Program-made: the position numbers and the translations under genes
Assembly (NCBI GenBank): GCA_004431415.1
Contig: QPMI01000190.1
Coordinates: forward strand, 1 to 64,000
Direction of reading: 5' to 3'
Source: Cyanophora paradoxa CCMP329
Lineage: Eukaryota; Plantae; Glaucophyta
Length of the DNA stretch: 64,000 nt
Part shown: one piece after another, positions 23,598-33,507 of the stretch
How positions within the stretch are numbered: the stretch's first letter is position 1
Layout of the letters: each line of letters starts with the position of its first letter
The notes under the pieces: model-generated
What the model saw: the letters and a program-made list of their open reading frames with translations, nothing else
Database searches by the model: none
What the model was told of the DNA's origin: nothing

Positions 23598-25017
23598 CTA
23601 GGCCTTGCGGACCCAGACGGTGCAGTGCGCGAAGGAGAGCTGGAACTTGCGACGGTGCTCGCGCTGCGGTTCCGGTTCCGGGCGCGCGCGTCGGGAGCTG
23701 GTGAAGGCGGCGGGGGCCGGGGGACGGGGCGCGTGCGCACGATGAGGAAGGGGAGCGTCGTGTCGTAGAGGGGGACGATGCCGAGGGGCTCGAGGGCCGC
23801 CCGGAGGCCCTCGTGCGTCCCCCGGCCGTCCTTGCCCCCGAGCCACGCCTCCTTCGGCGTGAAGCTGCCCCCGCGTCAGCGGCTGCCGGCTCTTGGAAGG
23901 GAGGGGGGGCGGCACTCGGTCATCCAGGTGTAGGGGGAGGTGAGGACGAGGAGGCCGCCGGGTTTGAGCAGGCGGGGCAGGGCCTCGAGGAAGGCCGATG
24001 GCGTGTGCAGCCGGTCGATCAGGTTCGCCCCCAGGACGATGTCCGCGGGGCCGCCCAGCGCCGCTGCGTCGAGCGCGCAGGCGTCGCCCTGCAGAAAGCG
24101 CGTCCGGGAGCGGTCGATGGCGGGGTCGACCTCGGCGCGCCGCTCGGAGGCGTTGGCGCCCTCCTCCACGCGCCGGTACGCCTCCTGGCCGCGCGCCTTC
24201 AGCCGGTCACAGCACTCCACGAACTTGTGCGAGTAGTCGAGGCCGACCGCCTCGCCGAACTCCCGCGCGAGCTCGAACGTGGAGCGGCCGACGGCGCAGC
24301 CGATGTCGAGCGCCCGCAGCTTCGAGAGGTCCGCCGCCGGCCCGTGCACCTTCCTCGCCGCCTTGACGCACTCGAGAGCGCAGCGCTTGGGGAAGTCGTA
24401 GGCAGCGCGCACGTCGATGCCCGCGTCCGGGAACTCGATCAGCTCCTCGCCCGGTGCGTAGTGAAACAAGATGTACTCGTGCAGAATCTTGTCGGTCTGC
24501 GGTATGATCAGGATCCCGGCCGCGCCACGTGCACGTGCAAAATTAAACCCAGAGCGATCCGCTGCGCACCTCGTACATCTGCGAAAAGTGAATTGGATAA
24601 AGATACATTCGAACAGAAGACCGAGAGGCAGGCGCTAGCGCTGGCTCCGGCATATTCGATCGCGCCGCATCGCTTTTGATCGATATCGTGGGTTCGGGCA
24701 GGATCGGGGAGGGTGAAAGACATGAGCGGTGGGCGCACGTTCGATTGTCCTGACATCGCGGTCTGAGGCGCTACAGCTTGCGGCGTGCGGTGTGCTGAGC
24801 TGAGCGCCAGGAACCGGACTGTACCCAGGAAGGCCCTCTCTTCGCGCGCCAAGCTTAAGGGGCCCCCGCGCGCTCCATTAGCCCTTCGAGAGGAGAAGCA
24901 GGTGGCCTGAAGGCCCTGAACCCGAGCACGCGCCGCATGCGCAGTACTAGTGAGAGCTGCGGCAGACTGCTGAGCTAGAGTCCAGCGAGCTACGGGAGCG
25001 AGCTGGAACGCCAGCAT
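23598..25017 (-). CDS. Stand-alone OvoA C-terminal-like SAM methyltransferase (putative mercaptohistidine N-methyltransferase) with transit peptide
   Basis: N|MYE|TDKILHEYILFHY, FPKRCA, RALDIGCAVGRSTFELAREF, GLDYSHKFV, GANLIDRL..P..FL, LVLTSPYTW, WLGG, LPFLI|REHRRKFQ; N-terminal extension of about 88 aa starting MLAF. Confidence 0.8.
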
Positions 25018-25125
25018 CTCTTCTTCAATACAGCAGATTAGCTTCTACCTTCGTTGCGACTCGTACCCTGTCGAGCGCTTGAATCCTCATCGGAGACGTT
25101 GCGCAGCAGGGAGCTGCCCCTTGAG

Positions 25126-27172
25126 ATGCCGCCCTCGAGCGGGGCGGAGGAGGACCACGCGGAAGTGGACAAGCTGCTGCGGGACGCGCGGGCCGAGCGG
25201 AAGAATGCGAAGCACCACAATGGCCCCGTCGGTTTGATCAAGGCGGTGGCGATTCTCACTCAGGGGCTGGCGCGCTTTCCGCGCAGCCACGAGCTCTGGT
25301 TCGAGCGTACGCACGGTGCCGCGGCACGGCCCTACGCCTCTCCCCACGCGCATGCGCAGGGGCGCAGTGCCACCTGCAGCTGAAAAAGAGCGGGGAGGCG
25401 CTGGGGGACGCGAAGCAGGCGATCCTTCAGAGGCCGGCGAGCCACCTCGGCTACCTGGCGGAGGGCGAGGCGTACGCGCTGATGGACGACTACGCGCGCG
25501 CCATCGAATCCTTCAAGAAGCGCGCCGACCCCGTCCCGCGCACCTCCCCGCTCGCCCCCCTCCCTGCTAAAGAGATAGCGCGCGCCGGGCGCGAGCGCAG
25601 GGGCCTGGCGTTCGCGGCGAACGTCGAGCGCCTGCGCAAGGGCCTCCTCGAGGCGGAGGCGGAGCTCTCCCGCCGCCGCGCCGTCGTCCGTGCCGCCGGA
25701 CGCGGCCCGCCCGCTCGCCCCAACGCGCGCGACTCACGGGCCGGGTCGGCCAGGTCGTGCGGACGGAGGCAGCGGGGCATGGGTCGGCCGCCGGGGGCTC
25801 CCAACCCGCCTCCGAGCAGGGCCCTCCGAAGACGCAGGCCGTCCGCTGCCGCACCTGCTACCCCGAGGCGCCTTAACCCTTCCCCCTCCCCTCCTCGTCT
25901 TCAGCTGATCCGCCCCTCACATCGTTCAGGTGAACTACGACGGGGGCGGGCGCGCGATGCGCAGGCGGTACGCGGGGGCGCCCGGGCGGTGGGCGGGCCG
26001 CCTTCACGCCTTCACAACGGCGGCGGCCGGGGGCAGGGAGGCGGAGCTGAACGCACGGGTACCCCTGGCTCCCGTCGTCAACGTGGCCCTGCAGCGGCTC
26101 GCCGAAGAGGGCGGGCGAGAGGCCCTCGAGGAATACATGGCCCCCGGGTACGCTGCCCAGCCCGCCCGGCGAGGGGCAGCCGCCTCGGCGCGTCCACCCG
26201 CCCGTCTCAACGGCGGCGCAGGGGCGAGTGGGAGCGCGAGGTGCAGCGGCTCGTGGCAGCCGCCCGGCGCGCCCTCGACAGGGTCCGCTAGTGGCCGGCG
26301 CGGTTTTGTACCCCTCCCGTGCGGGGCCAACAAGCAAGTGGGATGGGGCTGCAGGTGGAGCCGCGGGCGGACGGCACATCGTGCGTCGTGATCGCCGTGG
26401 ACGAGTGCGCGCTTTCGTCGTACCCCGACATGCGCGCCGTGCGTGCCCCGACGTACCCCGTACCCCGCACCCCTTGCGAACCCGGGCCGCCCGCGCAGGC
26501 GGACTTCCGCCGTGTGCTGCCCCTCGAGCGCGACTGGGTTGCCCGCGGCCGGTGCGTCCCGGCCCCCGCCCCCTCCCGTCAGCCCCCCCGCCCTCTGAGG
26601 CTCTGCAGCGGGGTGGCGTGCCCCGCGGTGGCGGCCCTCTACGACAGCGCCGTCGCCCGCGGCTTCGCCGTCGTCTTCAGCAGGTGCGCCGCGCCGCCCG
26701 CCCCCTGCAGCGCCCCCTGCACACGCGCCCAGCGCCCCGCGCCGCTGCCTCACCGCCGGCCGGCAGCGACCGGCAGCCGGCGGACCACGACGCCACGGGG
26801 AACAACCTCGCGGCGCAGGGGTACACGGAGTTTTACGGCATCCTCACGCGGCCGGCCGGTGCGGGAGGGGGGGAGTCGGGTGGGTGGAGGGAGAGGGCGG
26901 GCTCCGAGGGGGCGGGGGTGCGGGGGCAGACTGGGGCGCGACGGCGGGGGAGCACAAGGCGCTGCTCCGGCACCGCCTCGCCGCCGACGACGGCCTCCAC
27001 ATCGTCCTCACCCTCGCCTCCCAGGCCCGCCCCCGCCCCGCCTCCTCTTCCCGCCCCTCCCTCCCCTCCTCGACCCCGCGCGGGGCCGGCGGGGCGGCAG
27101 GACTCGGACGTGGACGGCGGTCACACGGGGATACCCGTCGTCCTCCCCAACCCCCTCTACGTCGTCTTCTGA
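25126..27172 (+). CDS. TPR-repeat protein fused to a HAD class IIIB (VSP/acid phosphatase B)-like domain with degenerate catalytic motifs
   Basis: TPR (AQCHLQLKK..ALGDAKQAI..P..HLGYLAEGEAY..A..F.KGL); HAD-like VIAVDECALSS, SDR..ATGNNLAAQGY, K..R, ASQ|DSDVDGG, VLPNPLY. Confidence 0.75.
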
Positions 27173-27360
27173 CGCCGCCGGGGCTATGCATTTGTACAAC
27201 ACGGCGCCTACCCTGCCTACGGCCGTGAAAAAGGAGCTTTATAATTAGCGTACCCTGCCTGCCCTGCCTATTTACAGTGGGCCGTGCCCACAGAGGAAAG
27301 GTGAAAAAGACGGCCGAGGGCTGGGTCCCTCGCCGAGAAGCCGGGCCCGCTGCGCCGCGC

Positions 27361-28151
27361 TCAGTCGGCGTTCTTCTGCTTGTCGAAGAAGTGCTGGAGC
27401 TTGGAGGCGAGGTCGCGGTAGCTCTTGAGCTGCTGCGCCCGCGCGTGGTCGACCTCGTCCTGCAGGTTGCCCGTCTCGAGCGGCGTCGTCTTCGCCACGC
27501 CCGACTCGAGCACCGACGGCCGCGGGATCGGCTCGAAGAGCGGGTCTGCGCGGGCCCGAGTCAGCTGCATGCGCTAGCGGGGATGGCAAGGGGCGAACGC
27601 ACAGTTCCGATAGCTGCAGCGCACGCCGTCGTCGTCGTGGTTGTAGAAGAAGTGGTGCAGCTTTTCCGCGAGCTCCTCGTAGGCCGCGTGGTTTGGGTGC
27701 GCATCCAGCTTCTGCCCGTGCTTCGCTTGACCCTTCCCGGGCGTTACGGAGCGCGTGCACGGGCGTGACGGGCGTGACGACACCTCATAGAATTCTTCCA
27801 GCGCGGCGGCCAGTTCCTTCAAATGCAGGAGGCCCACTGTGCGAAATCGGCGCCCGATCGGTGCGAGAAAGCACTGCAGAATGCAAAGTTCTGCATGCGG
27901 GGAGGGCTGCGCGGCGCGCCCGCGCACCGTCATCTTGCGACCGAGCCTTGTGATCTAAAGCCTGCTGCAGTGCGGGCGGAAGACGGCTGAAGCGGAACTC
28001 CTCCTTGTCACCAGCCTTCTCAGTGCGCGGACGCTTGATGTAGAATCTACGAGGTATGAGAACGAATCACCGCCAGTTGCCGATCAGCGATGACGCACTG
28101 TTCCAGTGCCGCCCGCAGAGCGTCGACCGCCTCCGTTGGACGCTTCGCCAT
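27361..28151 (-). CDS. Small hypothetical protein with three short helical repeats
   Basis: Spliced MAKRPTEAVDALR..|FYIKRPR..|VGLLHLKELAAALEEFYE|..YEELAEKLHHFFY..|..YRDLASKLQHFFDKQKNAD*. Confidence 0.55.
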
Positions 28152-28322
28152 GTTTTCTCGCGCGTACGCTTCTCGATTTAAGCTTTTCTCGTGTGTGTGC
28201 TTCGGGGAACTGTCGCGATCCGGTACCCGTCTGCGGACGACTCGCAGTTTGCTCCGCAAGCGAGCGGTGAGGCCGTCAGCGCTCTCGTGGACAGGAACAG
28301 AACGATCGAGACCTCTGCCGAG

Positions 28323-29875
28323 ATGCTCTTCGCGAGCGCCGGCCTCTCAGCTCCCTCGCACGCGTCCTGGCGATGCGGCGCGGCGATCGCTCACGCGGGG
28401 AGCGGCACGTTGCTTCGACCCGCCAGCTCCGTCGCGCCGGTCGGCCGATCCAGCTGCAGGCCGCGCTTCTGGTGGACGCTGGGCCTGAGGAGCGCGTGGG
28501 TCGGAAGCCGCGAGCTTGCCGGCAGCGCAAGGAGCATGTGGAGCGACGCGGCTCGCGGCATGCTTCGCCTGCGGCGGCCGGGCGCGGCGCCCGCACGCTT
28601 CGGCCTCGATCTGCGGCGGGGCCTCCGCGGGCCGTCCGCGGAGTACGCCTCGGTCTGCCGCGACCTGTGCGTGACGGAGGGAGACATACAGAGGGCGGAG
28701 GCGCTCGCGGCGGAGCTGCAGATCCCCGTCCAGCTGAAAGCCGACCTGGGGCTCGACACGCCCTGGAAGGCGGCGGCGCGGGGTAAGGGCCGGCGGCGGA
28801 GGAAGGACGAGCCAGAGGAGGAGCCGGCGGAGACAAAGTTTGTGCTGTGGTACGCGAACGACAAGCTGAAGGTGAAGCGGCTCGGGGCGAACCCGCTGGG
28901 CCCCTACCACGCCGACTTCCTGGGCGGCTCCAACGTCGTCCGCTCGAGGCGCGCGCGCTCGCGCTGCGCCGGCGGCGGGCACGCCGGCCTCCATATTTCT
29001 GAGCCGGCCGCTGATCCCCGCGGCAGGCAGTTCGACCGGAGGTCGCCGATCCTGCGGGCGTGCACGGTGCCGGGGCAGGCGCCCGGGGCGACGCGGGTGC
29101 TGGACTGCACGGCGGGGCTCGGCAAGGACGCCTTTGTGCTGGCGACCTTCGGCTTCCGCATGACGCTGCTCGAGCGCAACCCGATCATGCACGCCATCCT
29201 CCGCGACGCCCTCCGCCGCGCCGCCTTCGTCCGCCCCGCCCCGGCCCCGCCCCCCCCCGCCCTGGCCCTTGCGCCCTCCTGCGTTGCCGACGCGCGGGCT
29301 GACGGGACGCGCGGCGGCAGGAGCCGCGCGTTGGGGGGATGCGGCTGGTGCCGGAGCCGGCGGAGTCGCGGGAGTACCTGCAGGCGCTTGCGGGGGCCCC
29401 CGAGGAGGAGCGGCCCCACGTCGTCTTCGTCGGCGCGCCCCCCGCCCCCTGCCCTTCCACCCCGCCTCGCCCGGGCTGACCCCGCTCCCCGGCAGACCCG
29501 ATGTACCCGCAGAAGAAGGCGATCCCGGCGTCGCTGCCGAAGATGGACATGAGCATCGCGCGGGGCGTCGTGGGGAGCGACCGGGACTGGGAGGAGCTGC
29601 TGCGCCCCGCCCTCGCCGCCGCCCTCCGCCGCGTCGTCGTCAAGAAGCCCAAGGACGCCCCGCCCACGACCGTCGGCGAGCGGCCCCCCGACGTCTCCTT
29701 CCGCATGGTCCACACCCGCTTCGACGTCTTCCTCGCCGGCGCCCCCTCCCCCGCCGACGCCGCCGCCGCCCGCGCCGCCGCCGCCGAGGCCGCCGACGGG
29801 GCCGCCGCCGAGGAGGAGGAGGAGGAGGAGGAGGAGGAGGAGGAGGAGCAGGCGCAGGCAGAGAGGCAGGCGTAG
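28323..29875 (+). CDS. rsmJ: 16S rRNA m2G1516 methyltransferase RsmJ-like, organelle-targeted
   Basis: VLDCTAGLGKDAFVLA..LLERNP..L.DALRRA, VVFV|DPMYP, VGSDRD.EELL..AL..A.RRVVVKKP, RFDVF; long N-terminal presequence; poly-Glu tail. Confidence 0.88.
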
Positions 29876-30077
29876 CGCGGCTTCAAAACCAGCATATCTC
29901 TGTTGAAAGTGCATTGAAAGAAGCAAAGTGCGGAGGCACAAGCAAAAATAGAAGGACGCGATCGGAGTGGGCGGGATAGGGACGGAGGGCCCCTAAACTA
30001 GCGGAGCGCGGGGTGGGCAGGGGGAAGGGGCACAAGGCGAAGCGAGAACGGGGCGGGGTTGGGGGCCACGCGCGGGC

Positions 30078-31931
30078 TCACTGGGAGGCGGGGGCGGGGG
30101 CGGGGGTGCGGGAGGCGGCGAGGATGCTCTGGGCGCGAAGGCGGGCGGGGCCGAGGGTCGGGGCGACGGAGCTGCCCTCCTTGGCGAGGCGGAGGACGGC
30201 CTCGACCTCCTCCGCCGTGCAGAAGCGCTGCAGGATCCCCCGCGCGTCCAGCGACCGCTCCCACTCCCGGTACCCCTCCGCGTCCCCGCCCATCACCTGG
30301 CCCCGCCGACAGTGAGCGAGGCGGGGGGAGGGGAGGGGCTGGTGAGGGGAGAGGGGAGGGGCGGGCCCTCGCGGCGAACTGGGCGTCGGTGGAGGAGAGC
30401 ATGGCGGAGAGGGAGAGGTCGGGGGGCCCGTGGAGGCGGCAGTACTCGCCGCGCGGCAGGATCCGCCGCACCAGCGACCGCTGGAAGAAGGTCGGCCTGC
30501 GCGCCAGCCCCCCGCCCGCTCGCCCCAGCCTGCCCCGCGCAGAGAGGGGCCGGCGGCGCGCGCGCACATCTTGCAGATCGACTCCGGGCCGGGCCGCTGG
30601 AGCTCCTGCGTCAGGTACTTGTACTTGGGCTTGATGTTGTACTCCAGGTTCAGCTTCAGGAACGTCGACTGCGGGGGCCGTGGGCAGGGGCGGGGGGCGG
30701 GGCGGGGCGGGGCGGGGGGCGCCTGGGTGATGATCTTGGTGACGGACTCCTTGTCGAGGCCGAGGGAGCGGAGCCAGTCGATCTTGGGCATGAAGCCGTG
30801 CTCGAGGTTCATGCCGAGCAGGGTGGGGACCTCCCCCAGCAGCTCCACCAGCTCCTCCCACGAGAGCAGGTCCCGGAAGAACTGGATCTTCCCCGCCAGC
30901 GTCTCGGGCAGCATCCCCAGCGTCTCCGGCTGCCGCCTGAAGAGCAGCTCCACCACCGCCTCCGGCAGCTCCAGCTTCAGGATGTACTCCGCCGTCTCCC
31001 GCAGCTTCTCCGGCCGGTACTGCTCCCCGCCCCGCCCCGCCTCGCCACCCCGCCCCCGCGCCCCCCGAAGCACGCCCCGCCACGCGCACCTTGAACAGGA
31101 AGGGGCTCCGCCGGATGGGGACGATCAAACTGAGGTGGCGGGCGGACGGGCGGCGCTGAGCACGGGGCGCGCAGGGCGGCAAGGCTGCGGCGCGGCGCGC
31201 GAGGCGCACTCATCCTCGACGACGCCGCCCATGCGGAGGACGTCGCAGATTCCCTCCATGCTCTTCACGTCGCAGTCCAGAAGGTACGGGAACTTGATTG
31301 CCATCTTGAAGATTTCCTGCTTCTCCAGGCCCATCCCCTCCAGGAAGCAGATCACGGATTCTGTCTTCTCTATGCTGATGCGGCTGCGGGCGCGCAGGCG
31401 TGAGCGCCAGATCAGGCCAGACCGAAGGTACGGGGCGCGCGGTCCGCACTTGACGAGCCGCGGGACCTGCACGCAGAGCGCTTCTACTTCGGTGCACGAT
31501 AACGCTAGACGATCTTCCAAGTACTTGAGCACTTCCGGGGACGCGTGCTCGAGGAAACGGGCCGTGTCTTGGGCACTCGTCTTGGCTCTGGCGCCTGCTC
31601 TCCCAGCGTGAGCTGTGCATCTGCAGGGGTCGTACGCGATCAATCGCAAGTCCGGAGGCACGGGCGAGGGGCGAGGCGCGCACAGCCAGCCCTTTGATGC
31701 TGATCGAAGGCCCTGCGGGCTCCGGGCAAGGGCCTGGAAGATGCGCTTTGGTAGTTTACCACCGGTCCATCGCGAGCGGAGAAGCGGCCTGTGCGGCGCG
31801 GCCGTGTGGCGCGCTCGCGCGACTGCATCGCTCCTGATGCATTCGGATGGCTCGTATTGGACGCCCACGCGCTCTCGCAAAGACGTCGGAGCTGCGCTGG
31901 CGATATAGCTAGCTCCCTCGCCCCGCGGCAT
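30078..31931 (-). CDS. mTERF-family protein, organelle-targeted
   Basis: Repeated mTERF motifs (FLEGMGL..I..FPYLL, PTLLGMNLEHGFMPKIDWLRSLGL, LKLNLEYNIKPKYKYL, PTFFQRSLVRRILPR); start approximate. Confidence 0.85.
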
Positions 31932-32089
31932 CAGCTAGATCGCTTCTTTTTTTCACGACGGGTACGCAAGCAAGCCAAAGAACAAAGCGCGCAGCTAGCG
32001 GCCACGGTCTCGACGTGCGGGAGATACGCAGTCACTAATCCGCGCACCGCTCAATCTTTGTATACGCCTTGCGCGCCTACGACGACGCC

Positions 32090-33143
32090 ATGTCGAAGCC
32101 GGTCCTCTACAGCTACTGGCGATCCAGCAGCGCTTGGCGTGTACGCATCGCGCTGGCCGTCAAGGTCGGTGGGTCGTCCCAGGTCTCGCTCGCTCTCCTC
32201 GGCGCTCATCGCAGGCCTCGCGCAGGGCATCGAGTACGAGTACCGGGCGGTGCATCTCGTCAAGGGCGGGCAGCGCGATGCTGACTTCGTGGCCCTGAAC
32301 CCAATGAAGCAGGTTCGTCTGCCCGGCCGCGTTGCATACGCAGCTGCACGGCAGCTCAGACCACTCCCCGTAGTGTGCCGTTTTGACTTTGCATAGGTCC
32401 CGGCTCTGCTGATTGACGGGCGAGCTCCGATCCGCCCGCGTGGCCCGCGTGCCGCATGCGAAGCCCAACCGAGCCTCGCTGGTGCAGATTGACTCTGACC
32501 CAATCTGCGGCGATCTGCGAGTACCTGGAAGAGACGCGCCCAGGCAGGCTCTCCGCTCCGTCTCTTGCACTCCTGCATCGCTCAGCTGTTATGCCGCGCG
32601 CAGAGATTCCGCTTCTGCCGGCGTCGCCCGCGGACCGGGCGGCGGTGCGGCAGGTGGTGAACATCGTCGCGTCGGGGATACAGCCGCTGCAGAACCTTGT
32701 CGTGCTCCAGCGCGTGGAGGAGGCGCAGGGCGAGGCCGCCAAGAAGGAGTGGGCCCGCAGCTTCATCGCCGCCGGATTCGACGGTCCGCGCCGCGCCGCC
32801 CGCCCGTGCCCGCGCTGGCAGCGGGCCGCGCCCGCTCTGAACGCGCAGGGGCGCCGGCGCGGGCAGCGCTGGAGGTTCTCCTGAGGCGGACGGCGGGCGT
32901 GTGCTGCGTCGGGGACGCGCTCACGCTCGCGGACGCCTTCCTCGTCCCGCAGGTGCTTCTCGCACCCGCCCTGTTCGCGGGACGAGCTCGAGCTCGAGAC
33001 GGACGGGGCGGCAGGTGTACAACGCGCGGCGGTGGGGCGTGGAGATGGCCCCCTACCCGACGATCGCCCGGCTGGAGGCGGCCCTCGCCGAGCTCCCCGC
33101 CTTCAAGGCCGCGCACCCCTCCGCCCAGCCCGACGCCGAGTAG
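32090..33143 (+). CDS. GSTZ1: Glutathione S-transferase zeta / maleylacetoacetate isomerase
   Basis: LYSYWRSSSAWRVRIAL, NPMKQVPAL.IDG.TLTQS.AI.EYLEE, ASGIQPLQNL, TLADAFLVPQVYNARR, AHPSAQPDAE*. Confidence 0.93.
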
Positions 33144-33507
33144 TGCACGCGTACGTGGGCGCCTGCGCCTGCCGGGATTCGGATCCCGGCCCCAAATGAA
33201 CTTCGCTATGCTGCGCTATATATATATGCGCGCGAAGCGCAAGATTCGAATCATGATCATGCGCAGGTGTAGAGGTGCGCATGCACCTGTACCCTGCTGA
33301 TTCGAATGCTGTACCCTCAACGTGGGGTACACAGTTCGAGAGGTTCCAAACCTGTTGGCTTGTGCAGTCGCAGCCGCTAGCTTTAGCTACAGAGACTGCT
33401 GCCATGTTGGTTGATCGCAAATGAAGCCTCGGCCGCCCTAGCTAGCAGAGGGGGCTCTTCGTTAACTGAGGCAGCCACAGGGCGAGTCGCTTGGGGCAGC
33501 AGCGGCC

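Noticed and set aside
28017-28050. In-frame TGA (selenocysteine or recoding) in the small orphan gene
   Set aside because: A GC donor gives an open alternative frame (FYIKRPR...), so no recoding is needed.
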